From a virus: a stretch of DNA of 64,000 nt. A model generated the notes under the pieces. It made no database searches and was not told the DNA's origin. It saw only the letters and a program-made list of their open reading frames with translations. The stretch lies in IMG/VR virus record IMGVR_UViG_3300021425_000005; one strand, written 5' to 3'. Below, piece by piece: positions 8,804-18,096 of this stretch (positions are counted from its first letter, which is position 1; each line of letters opens with the position of its first letter). A program made the translations under genes and the position numbers.

Positions 8804-9004
8804 CTACCAATGTCTGATCACACCTGCGATAATAAAGAAGCAGGTGATCCAATTCACAAATTGTAGTAACATACGAAGATATAAACCTTTCTTCGCTTGT
8901 TGCATAGTCAGAACAGGGACTTTTGGTTCATCCTCATCTGTCCTGCCAATATAATAGTCGAGCGCACGAGCGACGACTTTTTCCCATGTGCGATATTCAA
9001 CCAT
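8804..9004 (-). CDS. small membrane protein
   Basis: 66 aa with a C-terminal hydrophobic helix ending IIAGVIRHW. Confidence 0.65.
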   Translation of the reverse strand: MVEYRTWEKVVARALDYYIGRTDEDEPKVPVLTMQQAKKGLYLRMLLQFVNWITCFFIIAGVIRHW

Positions 9005-9737
9005 TACGAATCACCTCATTGTAGTTCACTGCCTCTTGGAGGAGAGATAAATTACAATTGTATCTTTTAGATGTTTCAAGCAAGGCTGATGTATCCTTTG
9101 GGAAGCAGTGACCACCGAACCCACGCTCATCTGTAACGACCATATGGCTGTCACCAATGCGTGGATCTCTAGCCACTAATTTCTTAACATTTTCATATTC
9201 TACACCAGTTGCTTCACAAAAGTCAAACAATTGATTGAAGAAAATAACTTTTGTTGCTAGAAAACTATTCACAGCATATTTCATTGTGATTAGTTCTTCA
9301 GGATCTCGACTATACATCTTGCGACCCTCTTGCCAGAAGATGGAAGCCCAGAAAACATCATCGCCGCCACCGAAATAGAATGCTTCAGCGTTGGCGAAAT
9401 CCTCAAATGCAGTTGCTTCTCGGAGAAACTCAGGGCTGAATGTGATATTCAGTTTTGGGAATCTCTCTTTTATCTGTCGCCAACCCTCTAATGAGATCGT
9501 GCTTTTGATCAGGATCGGGATATTTTTCGGACACTCTCGCAACACACTGAATACATTATTCATGTTACATGAGCCATCAATAGATTGTGGCGTAGATACT
9601 GCAACAATAACAGCATCTGGTTTACCGATTTTATTGTCGTTGAATGCTGGATCTACTACAGTGACATCATGCTTTTCTTTCAGCATCATCTCATGTGCCT
9701 TGCCGACAAAGCCATAACCAAATATTGTAATCTTCAT
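8997..9737 (-). CDS. UDP-glucose/GDP-mannose dehydrogenase-family protein (short form)
   Basis: GYGFVG Rossmann motif, KSTI, PEFLRE and GFGGHCFPKD. Confidence 0.85.
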   Translation of the reverse strand: MKITIFGYGFVGKAHEMMLKEKHDVTVVDPAFNDNKIGKPDAVIVAVSTPQSIDGSCNMNNVFSVLRECPKNIPILIKSTISLEGWRQIKERFPKLNITFSPEFLREATAFEDFANAEAFYFGGGDDVFWASIFWQEGRKMYSRDPEELITMKYAVNSFLATKVIFFNQLFDFCEATGVEYENVKKLVARDPRIGDSHMVVTDERGFGGHCFPKDTSALLETSKRYNCNLSLLQEAVNYNEVIRNG

Positions 9738-10156
9738 TCTATATGTCCCACATCAACACCAGCAGTCACAAGAAACACGTTTCCTACATCAGTTTTATAT
9801 TGGTTTTTCCAAACCACGCGAGTGATGCCAGCTTGATAGATTAGTTTCGCGCAATCAAGGCAAGGTGAGTGTGTGGTGTAGAGAGTAGCACCTTCACAAC
9901 TTTCACCAGACCGAGCCACCTTTGCGATGGCATTTGTTTCAGCATGTAACACTTCTGGTTTAGTTACAGGCATATTACCAAACTCGTCTGTAATTTCACA
10001 ATCATTCGTCCACCCAGATGGCATACCATTATATCCGATAGAGATGATGCGGTTATCTTTTACGATAACTGCCCCCACCTGTAGTCGTTTCGCTGACGAT
10101 AGCTGAGCATACACTTCAGCTGCCTTCATATGTGCTTTATCCCACTTGTTCATCAT
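9734..10156 (-). CDS. cd: dCMP deaminase
   Basis: GYNG, HAE and PCLDC zinc motifs. Confidence 0.9.
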   Translation of the reverse strand: MMNKWDKAHMKAAEVYAQLSSAKRLQVGAVIVKDNRIISIGYNGMPSGWTNDCEITDEFGNMPVTKPEVLHAETNAIAKVARSGESCEGATLYTTHSPCLDCAKLIYQAGITRVVWKNQYKTDVGNVFLVTAGVDVGHIE

Positions 10157-11700
10157 AACTCCAGTTTCTTTATTTTATAATCATATATGAATTTATCCAA
10201 AATGTCAAGGGAAGGTGAGAAAGAACCTATCTCTTCAAATGATTGCATCATATCATTTAGCGAATATCCTGCGACGAACCACTCATAAAATTTATAAGGG
10301 TTTGGACCAAACTGCCAGTGATTGTCAGCATACATGTGACAAACCTTCACGATTGCCTCCCAAGCATTGTATGCATCATTCTCCCATGGTATAGAAAAAT
10401 AATCGTTCGCTACACCTGTCGTGAGCATCCTGATGTAATTTTTAATCTCTGTCGAGATAGTATCGTCCCCATACAGAGATTCAATTCTTTCATCATTTTC
10501 TATGAAAATATTATCCCATGTATTATCTGTATATCCATAATTCTTGTAGTCGCGAGAGAAGACTGATGTGTTAATCGTTGTTCCCTCTCTCGGTATGAAC
10601 AGTGGGTTGATTGTCAACGACTCCCCCTGCCAATTATTTTTAATCCAACTCCATGTGTTGTCTATCGTCTCTTCAGTATCATGTGGCAACCCAATAATGA
10701 GACTGATCAGACCTTTATAGAACCCTGTGTGCTTTTTCATATACTCTTTTGTATACAGGATGGTCTCTTTCAGCTTCTCTGGCTCCATGCCTTTACCGAT
10801 AGACTTCGCTGATGCATGATTGAACGACTCAATGCCATAAAAATGACCATTATATCGCATACGAGCAAGATGCTCAATATCATCTGGTCTAGCGGCGAGG
10901 AGATCTGCTCTGATGTAGCCATGAAAATGTGGTTCAAAATCTAGCTTCTCTACTACATTAGCATACTTGATTACCTTCTCCGTGTAATCATTAAACGTCT
11001 CGTCGGCTATTGAATATTTTGTAATGCCCCAAAGGTCGAAATTTGTCTTCAAGTTTTTCTCGAAGTCGACAGCTGACCTAGTGTGGTCGTCTCGAACACC
11101 TAAGATCGGAAATGTGCAAAACTTACATTTGAAGATGCAACCTCTGGCGCATTCCATAGTCAGAGATTCATTAGGATCTAAGAAGTCTCTTTCTTCATAT
11201 TCGATAGACAAATCATCCATCGGGAAGGATGGATATTCATGTAACGCTTCAATGACCCGTCGATTGTCACCCTCTTCATTCCATGGTCTCTCTACATACT
11301 TCACAGTTCCGCGAAGTATCTCTATCATTGCCTTTTCAGCAAATCCTACAACGTGGTAATCTACATTCAATTGATGTATTGTTTGGAATGATTGACTGCC
11401 AGCCACAGTCTTGATATTAGGATAGTTCTCTTTGATCCAATCTACAAACTCACATACTATGGGGAAGTTGATATTGAATGTGCCGCCGAATCCTATCACT
11501 TCGGTATCGTCGTTCACACGACTTTTCACTAATGATTTCAATTCATCTAATGACCATGACATCAAGAAATCAAAGACTTCTACATCATAGCCATATTTTC
11601 TCATGAATGTGGCAATGCGGTGTGTCCCTGCACTTCTACGGACAGATGGGACACCAGTATTAAATTCAAACGTGCCGCCAAATAAAAGCGCATCACTCAA
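10153..11700 (-). CDS. radical SAM protein with B12-binding-like N-terminal domain (paralogue 1)
   Basis: RGCIFKCKFC (CxxxCxxC), ADETFND, GIES, IIGLP. Confidence 0.85.
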   Translation of the reverse strand: MSDALLFGGTFEFNTGVPSVRRSAGTHRIATFMRKYGYDVEVFDFLMSWSLDELKSLVKSRVNDDTEVIGFGGTFNINFPIVCEFVDWIKENYPNIKTVAGSQSFQTIHQLNVDYHVVGFAEKAMIEILRGTVKYVERPWNEEGDNRRVIEALHEYPSFPMDDLSIEYEERDFLDPNESLTMECARGCIFKCKFCTFPILGVRDDHTRSAVDFEKNLKTNFDLWGITKYSIADETFNDYTEKVIKYANVVEKLDFEPHFHGYIRADLLAARPDDIEHLARMRYNGHFYGIESFNHASAKSIGKGMEPEKLKETILYTKEYMKKHTGFYKGLISLIIGLPHDTEETIDNTWSWIKNNWQGESLTINPLFIPREGTTINTSVFSRDYKNYGYTDNTWDNIFIENDERIESLYGDDTISTEIKNYIRMLTTGVANDYFSIPWENDAYNAWEAIVKVCHMYADNHWQFGPNPYKFYEWFVAGYSLNDMMQSFEEIGSFSPSLDILDKFIYDYKIKKLEL

Positions 11701-12527
11701 GTTTTAAATTCCCACTCATGCCCAGCCATTTTTAAGAATTTCATAGCCCAAAAAATATGACGCTTTCGACCAGCATGCATCAGATCCCTAGCAAGATCGT
11801 GGTTGTCAAATATTGTAAAAAATTCATCATCATTGTCTTGATGCGTATGGTAAAATGGAGTTTCAAACTGATCACAAAGCGACTTAATCGCTCGCATTGT
11901 TTTTTCTCTCGATAATATCCATTCACCTTCAGTCTCAAACCTCATAGCAACTGGGTCTGGAGCGTGAATAGATGACATATGAAATCCCATACTGTTAGTT
12001 TGAGTTTCATATCTAACTCCTGGAGGTTCTAAAAAAAATACATGAGAAGGTCTAATTTTTGGCAACCATGAGAGCAAGACACGAAAGGCAGAGTCATGAG
12101 AACCTGCACAGATACCAAGATTATATGGTCTATGGCGTAATGTATTTCCTACAAGAGTTGGCCAAATCTGACCGACTGGCATACCAATGCCAAATGTATT
12201 TGAACAACCGATTGTTATGATGCTTCTTGGTTTTTTTTCATTAGGCATTTCTTCGCAACGAAAACCATAAGAGTTTAGTTGATAAGAAAGTTTTACCCAA
12301 TCATTTAGAACTGGTTTGTCTGGTGTGTAGAGGTAATAGTTATACCCCTTATCCAAGTAAAACTTTTCAATCTGATCTTCCTCGATCGATAACCATCCGT
12401 TTTCTTTTAGTTGGTCGTAATTTTCTTTTAGATTTTTCTCATATAATTCTTCTGTGTCGGTGTTGTAAAATGAATGTTCTGATGGTTCCTCTTCAACACC
12501 TCGAGCATAAGACCATTCGGGTTTCAT
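11697..12527 (-). CDS. SGNH-hydrolase-like hypothetical protein
   Basis: LNSYGFR, IGCSNTFG.G, YNLG, ARDLMHAG. Confidence 0.55.
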   Translation of the reverse strand: MKPEWSYARGVEEEPSEHSFYNTDTEELYEKNLKENYDQLKENGWLSIEEDQIEKFYLDKGYNYYLYTPDKPVLNDWVKLSYQLNSYGFRCEEMPNEKKPRSIITIGCSNTFGIGMPVGQIWPTLVGNTLRHRPYNLGICAGSHDSAFRVLLSWLPKIRPSHVFFLEPPGVRYETQTNSMGFHMSSIHAPDPVAMRFETEGEWILSREKTMRAIKSLCDQFETPFYHTHQDNDDEFFTIFDNHDLARDLMHAGRKRHIFWAMKFLKMAGHEWEFKT

Positions 12528-12813
12528 ATTATTTCCTGTAGGTTAGATGTGCCCACATGCGTGCCCAGAAACCCTTAGTTTTCCAGTCATTATGCACACG
12601 AGTCCACTCGTTGAAACTTTTATAAAGTTTCTGCGGCGGCTGTTCAATCATTCGCACTAACATATTCATCTCCAATTTTTTCAGTCAAATACCAGTTTGC
12701 AAAATCGCTATGTTTTCTCAAGAACTGGTGAACTTGGTCGTGTGTCATCTGATCAGAGCGAATCATCTCAGCCCACATCTCATAGCGTTCTAATTTAGTT
12801 GAAGGAATCACAC

Positions 12814-13005
12814 TCATTTATTTACTCCACCAAAAATTATCTGTAATAGTTTCTTTGCTCTTTTTCGAGCAGCACCAGTTTCGGGAAGTTCTTTTCGTTC
12901 TACCTTTTCCACAGGTGCTGGTTTAGCATCTGGAATGCTTTCTTTACTCGGAGCGCACGAAACAATTAATGTGGCAAGCAACAGACTAATTATGTTCTTC
13001 TTCAT
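12814..13005 (-). CDS. putative lipoprotein
   Basis: MKK, hydrophobic stretch and lipobox IVSC. Confidence 0.6.
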   Translation of the reverse strand: MKKNIISLLLATLIVSCAPSKESIPDAKPAPVEKVERKELPETGAARKRAKKLLQIIFGGVNK

Positions 13006-13336
13006 ATTCTCTCATCCACGTATTAACCTGTGCACGACCAACTTTTTTCTCAATCCAATCTAAAATGATTGCAACTCCGATAATAGATCCTCGTTTTTCA
13101 CCCATGACATACCCTATGGCATAAGCAACAATTAAACAAACCATAGCGATTATTGTATGTGTGATTACGTCCATTAGATACCTGCTCTCAGTTGATTAAG
13201 TTTCTTTTCTGCATATTTCAGCTTTAGCCACTCTTTGTTGACTTCAACATATTTATCAAAATCTACAGGGTCTTCCTGCCAGTCATGCCGTTCCACACAA
13301 TTATCGAACCACATGGTCTTAGCGAAATCTAAAAAC

Positions 13337-13927
13337 TCAACTTCCCACGATTTCATCATAAATCATCTCCCAGCTTTTAACTACTTTAAAATCACCATTG
13401 GCTTTGAGGCTATGCCCATGCTCCATTAAGATAGAGTCATAACCAATATCACTACCCAATTGAGCATTCACAATTTTGTCTTCAATCCAGTAACAACCTT
13501 CATACTCATAACTCAAGTCGATAAGGATATCGTCTTTATCAGCACCAGTGTCAAGGCAGATAACTTCTTGGAATGTATTATCACCGAACAGTTTAGCCAA
13601 GTTCCGTTCCCGCAACTTTTGCGCATAAGGGTCTAAAGACAAACTTGTCACAGCGATAAATTTATATTTGTGCTTCTCATGTAGCAGCTTGATATAATAC
13701 TGCGCGTCCCGAAGCGGCGGAAGAAATCCAATAGCAGCAGAGGCATTGAACTGACGAACCAGTTTATTGCTGGTTTCTTTATCCATGCCATACCGTTTAG
13801 CTACATCATATTTGTATTGATAATCATCAACGAGTTGATGTCCATTGTAATCCATCCAGATTGCGAAACTTTCTTCCCAATCAAGAACTACACCGTCAAT
13901 ATCTGTCAAAATAATTTTGTTTTTCAT
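13337..13927 (-). CDS. HAD-family nucleotidase, T4 gp30.2-like
   Basis: ILTDIDGVVLDW (DxDG) and WIEDK..N; start trimmed to MKNK. Confidence 0.8.
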   Translation of the reverse strand: MKNKIILTDIDGVVLDWEESFAIWMDYNGHQLVDDYQYKYDVAKRYGMDKETSNKLVRQFNASAAIGFLPPLRDAQYYIKLLHEKHKYKFIAVTSLSLDPYAQKLRERNLAKLFGDNTFQEVICLDTGADKDDILIDLSYEYEGCYWIEDKIVNAQLGSDIGYDSILMEHGHSLKANGDFKVVKSWEMIYDEIVGS

Positions 13928-13951
13928 ATTTTTTCCTCTCATCATATTATC

Positions 13952-13980
13952 ATCATACCCCATTTTGACAGAAAAGTCAA
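13952..13980 (-). promoter_or_regulatory. sigma70-type early promoter
   Basis: TTGACT-N17-TATGAT. Confidence 0.7.
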
Positions 13981-13983
13981 CCC

Positions 13984-14190
13984 CTAGTCATCCCAAAATT
14001 CATAAAGATCGCTCTGGATCTCATAAAACATGTCTTCTGCCATGGTCATTATCTGACCAATGATGTCGCTGTCACCGAACCGCTCAATAACAGCTTTGGC
14101 CACATCGTCAAATTTTGTATTGTAATTAACACAAACCGCTTCATTGACAACAGTTTCTAACTCTTCATAAAAATCACGCACGACCTTCAT
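13984..14190 (-). CDS. hypothetical acidic protein
   Basis: 68-aa ORF with AGGA SD. Confidence 0.55.
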   Translation of the reverse strand: MKVVRDFYEELETVVNEAVCVNYNTKFDDVAKAVIERFGDSDIIGQIMTMAEDMFYEIQSDLYEFWDD

Positions 14191-14389
14191 ATCCTTTTAC
14201 TTTGTGGCTTTCAACCATATACAAATCATTACCATGAACTTCTAGGATCTCACGACCCTCAAGAATACGTTGGCGCACAAAATGGGCGGCATCGCTCATC
14301 ACTTGCTCCATAGAATGGGCTTGGATAATCTTAGCACCCTTTGAGCCATTTTTAAACTCGATAGTAATATCAGCATAAAACATTTTCAT
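14174..14389 (-). CDS. hypothetical early protein
   Basis: Start trimmed to MKMFY, after the promoter at 14418-14446. Confidence 0.6.
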   Translation of the reverse strand: MKMFYADITIEFKNGSKGAKIIQAHSMEQVMSDAAHFVRQRILEGREILEVHGNDLYMVESHKVKGYEGRA

Positions 14390-14417
14390 AACAAGTTCCT
14401 TTCTCAAGTTATACTTA

Positions 14418-14446
14418 ATAATAGCATAAATTGTCAGGAATGTCAA
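14418..14446 (-). promoter_or_regulatory. sigma70-type early promoter
   Basis: AAAAAACGC-TTGACA-N17-TATTAT followed by the GTATAACTTGAG leader. Confidence 0.75.
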
Positions 14447-14459
14447 GCGTTTTTTTCAA

Positions 14460-14467
14460 TATAAATA
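14460..14467 (+). promoter_or_regulatory. T4-type late promoter
   Basis: TATAAATA upstream of the + strand NUMOD3 gene. Confidence 0.75.
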
Positions 14468-14493
14468 CAAGAAATATGTAAAAAGTGATAATA

Positions 14494-15015
14494 ATGGCTC
14501 GCGCATCAAGGTTTTTCGCCTTTAAAACTCGTAATGAATACTGGATTGTAGACGAAAAGTCTCTCCAGGAAGTTCCCAAACCGAGAGAAATGCTGATTAA
14601 GTTCTCAACAGTAGAGTCTGTTAGAGAATATGTCATCACACAAAACAAGGCTGACTTGCCTATCGTGGATAGATGTAGGGATAGAACAGGTTGGCACACA
14701 CCAGAAGGTCGCGAGCGTATCCGAGAAGCTAAACTTGGTAAAGGAAATCCAAATAGTGATGGTCTTACTGATGAACACAAAAAGAACATCAGTAAGACCA
14801 TGACAGGAACTCGTCGGGGTGAATTCAACCCTATGTATGGTCGTAAACACAAACCAGAAACTATCGCGAAGATCCGTCAAAAAGCGTATGAAAGACCCAA
14901 ACGTAAATGGTGTGTCGAACCAAATGGTAAGAATCACCTGATCAATGAAGATGTAGATTTACCAGAAGGATGGCAATGGGGAAGATTTTTCGACCCCTAC
15001 AAACCTACACCATAA
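14494..15015 (+). CDS. NUMOD3-repeat DNA-binding protein (homing-endonuclease-derived)
   Basis: HTPEGRERIR, LTDEHKKNIS and NPMYGRKHKPETIAKIR repeats; C-terminal LPEGWQWGR; no clear nuclease motif. Confidence 0.75.
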   Translation: MARASRFFAFKTRNEYWIVDEKSLQEVPKPREMLIKFSTVESVREYVITQNKADLPIVDRCRDRTGWHTPEGRERIREAKLGKGNPNSDGLTDEHKKNISKTMTGTRRGEFNPMYGRKHKPETIAKIRQKAYERPKRKWCVEPNGKNHLINEDVDLPEGWQWGRFFDPYKPTP

Positions 15016-15709
15016 TGTTAGATTCATCTTCGAACCAATTTAAAATCTCTCTGTGTTCATTTGGTCCAGCATGAAAACCATCTCTAGATCCTTTATTGAA
15101 ATCTGTTGGAATAGGGAATGAACATTTTAAATCAATGATGGTTTTAAGATAACCCAGAGCGTGTTCACAACGCTTCTGCAACCAATATTGATGTCTCTCT
15201 TGTGAAACAAGGTCTAAAAATAATTTTTGTTTGAATCTATTTTGCTCGGTATTTTGCCAAAATCCACCCATATCCATAGCCATTTTTGTATTCCAGAATC
15301 CCACTGATTCTATTTCATTCGATGATATAAATTCTTGTCGATTAATATTAGGGTGCAATATATAAGCGTGTTTAATATCTAGGTGATCAGACCAATATGT
15401 CAATAGACGATGTGTTGTCTCAATCGATCCAGCTACTGCACCAAGATTAATATACTCTAATTCTGCATGGTGAATCTTGTGATGTTGAAATGCCCATGTT
15501 TGTTCATGCTCAACACCCATCCCGAATGTAGTGCTATCTCCAAGATAAACAACACAAGGGTTTTTGACATCAGTTAAGTCCTTATCAAAACGAAACCCCT
15601 GATTGTTAAAACGATATGACAATGGAACATCAGTATTATTGTCCCACATAAATTGGTCAGTATGTTTGCCTGCATACTCTAGTTGAAATTTTAGTGGATT
15701 ACCATCCAT
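15005..15709 (-). CDS. SGNH-hydrolase-like hypothetical protein
   Basis: FNNQGFR, LGDSTTFG.G, INLG, RDGFHAG; similar to 11697-12527. Confidence 0.55.
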   Translation of the reverse strand: MDGNPLKFQLEYAGKHTDQFMWDNNTDVPLSYRFNNQGFRFDKDLTDVKNPCVVYLGDSTTFGMGVEHEQTWAFQHHKIHHAELEYINLGAVAGSIETTHRLLTYWSDHLDIKHAYILHPNINRQEFISSNEIESVGFWNTKMAMDMGGFWQNTEQNRFKQKLFLDLVSQERHQYWLQKRCEHALGYLKTIIDLKCSFPIPTDFNKGSRDGFHAGPNEHREILNWFEDESNIMV

Positions 15710-16200
15710 TATTCAGCAGCCTTTTTCTTTCGTGTTTTCTTTACTGGCTTATTGTATTCTGTGATACCGAGATCCTTCAAAAGTTTCTCAAGTTTCGGAT
15801 ATAACTTCAGCAAAGTGCCGTCCTTCACAGCAGTCAGAACTGCAGCTTCTTTGTAATGCAATCCCTCTAAGATCTGTAACCAGTTCATCTCTTGCTTCCA
15901 TGTCGGAAGATTGCGAAGATTACCTTCTGGATTCATGAAAGTGTTGATGCGACGCCATTCCATTTGAATCGTGGTGTCGCCCATACCTTCAGGCAAATCT
16001 TTCTCCAACTTTACAGTCTCGGGCATACCTTCTGGCAGCCCCCACTCAACCTTTTCAGCACCGACACCGATACGAACTAGGGGAACAACTGTTTGATTGG
16101 TTGACGCCCATTCTTTCAAACGAGCGATCTGCTCATCCTTGCCATTTACTTCAAAGACCCAGTCAAAGCCTTCATTTGCTTGTCTAAATTTTCTAGCCAT
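15709..16200 (-). CDS. conserved T4-like phage hypothetical protein
   Basis: LP.G.P and LQILEGLH..EA..L..VKD..L motifs; usual position next to rnh. Confidence 0.65.
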   Translation of the reverse strand: MARKFRQANEGFDWVFEVNGKDEQIARLKEWASTNQTVVPLVRIGVGAEKVEWGLPEGMPETVKLEKDLPEGMGDTTIQMEWRRINTFMNPEGNLRNLPTWKQEMNWLQILEGLHYKEAAVLTAVKDGTLLKLYPKLEKLLKDLGITEYNKPVKKTRKKKAAE

Positions 16201-16372
16201 TATACACTCTCACTACGATAATTATCTACAAACCCATTTTTTGATTCGGGAATATATTTACGAGTGTAAGTTTTCTTCATCAGTTTTTTGTCGACCCACT
16301 CATACACGACATACTGCTCAGACGAAAGGTTTTTACAACGCTCTTCATCATATTCTTCAAATGGATTACTCA

Positions 16373-17254
16373 TCAAAAATCCTCCGCGACTTCCATCATA
16401 TTTTTCAGCCGATATTTTACAAAATAATTAAGCAAGTGGGCACGGCTCTTACCTTTTTGCTTTTCATAACTATCTATAACTGCATCTTTGATCTCCTGAG
16501 GAGTCATAGATAAATCAACGAGTTGTTTATTACGAACATATCCAGAAGCCATTTCACCTGTGATAAACTCTTCAGGCTTCTGTTTCTTCCATTCAGCTAA
16601 CAGGTTTTTACGAATAGGTTTCTGGCGTTTACCTTCAGTCACAAATGTATCATCAGCACTTAAAATATTAGGGACACCATCACCTTTATCACCAGTGATG
16701 ATATGCTCCATCAATACTTCTTGTGGTGTTTCCTTCAACTTCACCATACGCTTTTTCATTGGCGAATATTGGCTCACATTAGAATACTTCTGTAATTGCT
16801 GGAAGTCGTGGTCTCCAGAAATAATCAAAAATGGCTCTGCTTCTTCGAACAGCGCACCTTCCTTTGAAGTTTGGCTGTATTCAGCCAGTGTGCCAATCAC
16901 ATCATCAGCCTCAGCACCCTCAATATCTAAAAGAGGATATGGCATAAACTCATCAAGTTCGTTACGAATAAGATGTAAAGCATCAAAGATAGATGACCAA
17001 TCATGCCCACTCGCATCACGCGCTTTTTTACGAGCAGCTTTATAGTAAGGATAAACCTCGCGACGCCAGTAATGACGATTGTCACAAGCGATAACAAGTT
17101 CACCATAATCATTGCCAAACCGATTACGATATGTCCGCAACTGATTGAGAATCATATGCCGAAGTAAATCGACATTGATTTCTACTCCTGGACGACCACG
17201 AGTCTCAGCCATGAAGTTTGAGATGAAGGTCTGGTTATAATCAATTACAATCAT
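16373..17254 (-). CDS. rnh: RNase H / 5'-3' exonuclease
   Basis: YWRR..YPYYKAARK, EADDVIG, SGDHDF.QL, GDKGDGVPN. Confidence 0.92.
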   Translation of the reverse strand: MIVIDYNQTFISNFMAETRGRPGVEINVDLLRHMILNQLRTYRNRFGNDYGELVIACDNRHYWRREVYPYYKAARKKARDASGHDWSSIFDALHLIRNELDEFMPYPLLDIEGAEADDVIGTLAEYSQTSKEGALFEEAEPFLIISGDHDFQQLQKYSNVSQYSPMKKRMVKLKETPQEVLMEHIITGDKGDGVPNILSADDTFVTEGKRQKPIRKNLLAEWKKQKPEEFITGEMASGYVRNKQLVDLSMTPQEIKDAVIDSYEKQKGKSRAHLLNYFVKYRLKNMMEVAEDF

Positions 17255-17757
17255 ACTTCATCCTCCTCTGGCTCGTGACCCCAACGATATCCAAGGTCAT
17301 CATAATACACGCCATGTGCTCGTTTGATGTTACCTTCATCATCATATGCAGGAACAGCACACCGCCATTTAATTTTTTGATTCATGTGTTCACCATAGAA
17401 CTCATCTACCCAATCACCATCTCGCAAATACCTATTCATATTGCGGATATATGCTTCATAGCTTTTGACTTCAGCCTCTGCACCCTTCATACCTTTACGA
17501 ACAGATGCACGTGCTTCTTTCAATAATTCTTGATTGGCTTTTATCCACCCTTTAACCTTGTTGTATGAGAGATAATGCTCGTCATCGAGAGCGAGAACTT
17601 CAGCACATACATTTTTTGGTTGGGAAGGATTTGCAGCTTGACGAGCGGCTCGTGCTTTCGCTAACCGCTCGACTGCTGCTGCTTTTTGTTCGGGCGTCAT
17701 AGGTTTCCGCTTCTTACGGATTTTCTTACGCTCAAACGATTCAGGTTCTCGTGCCAT
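17251..17757 (-). CDS. conserved hypothetical protein
   Basis: Basic N-terminus; YIRNM.RYLRDGDW; GGAG SD; promoter upstream. Confidence 0.7.
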   Translation of the reverse strand: MAREPESFERKKIRKKRKPMTPEQKAAAVERLAKARAARQAANPSQPKNVCAEVLALDDEHYLSYNKVKGWIKANQELLKEARASVRKGMKGAEAEVKSYEAYIRNMNRYLRDGDWVDEFYGEHMNQKIKWRCAVPAYDDEGNIKRAHGVYYDDLGYRWGHEPEEDEV

Positions 17758-17782
17758 AATGGACTCCTTTAGTAATATACCA

Positions 17783-17811
17783 AGTATATATCAGAGTTTC
17801 CAAAATGTCAA
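17783..17811 (-). promoter_or_regulatory. sigma70-type promoter
   Basis: TTGACA-N17-TATACT. Confidence 0.7.
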
Positions 17812-17818
17812 GCAATGA

Positions 17819-18061
17819 TTATGCAACCGCTTTAATGCGATCGACAACAATTGTGCGCCAACCCTGCTTATCTACATCAAAAACAACCAGATTTTTTTCA
17901 GACGCTTTTGTCTTACCGCCTTTGGTTTCGGGGACAACATCTTCCTGCAGAGTGGCATTCATGACACGCTCAGTGCCATCCAATTTATCAAATGTGATTG
18001 TCACAACACGCTGTTGCAATTCTTTTACAATATCAGTCATATTAAACTCCATAATTAACAA
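17819..18061 (-). CDS. WYL_2/SH3-fold protein (T4 gp61.1-like)
   Basis: ITFDKLDGTER.M.ATL...VFDVDKQGWR. Confidence 0.75.
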   Translation of the reverse strand: MLIMEFNMTDIVKELQQRVVTITFDKLDGTERVMNATLQEDVVPETKGGKTKASEKNLVVFDVDKQGWRTIVVDRIKAVA

Positions 18062-18067
18062 TACCTC

Positions 18068-18096
18068 ATAGTATCCTAGTTGTCACAAAATGTCAA
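18068..18096 (-). promoter_or_regulatory. sigma70-type promoter
   Basis: TTGACA-N17-TACTAT. Confidence 0.7.

Noticed and set aside
5683-8954. Long + strand ORFs (5683-6144, 5876-6418, 7533-7988, 8263-8718, 8604-8954) and similar ones throughout the window, e.g. 63187-63858
   Set aside because: They are antisense shadows of well-supported minus-strand genes, with no motifs, SD or promoters.
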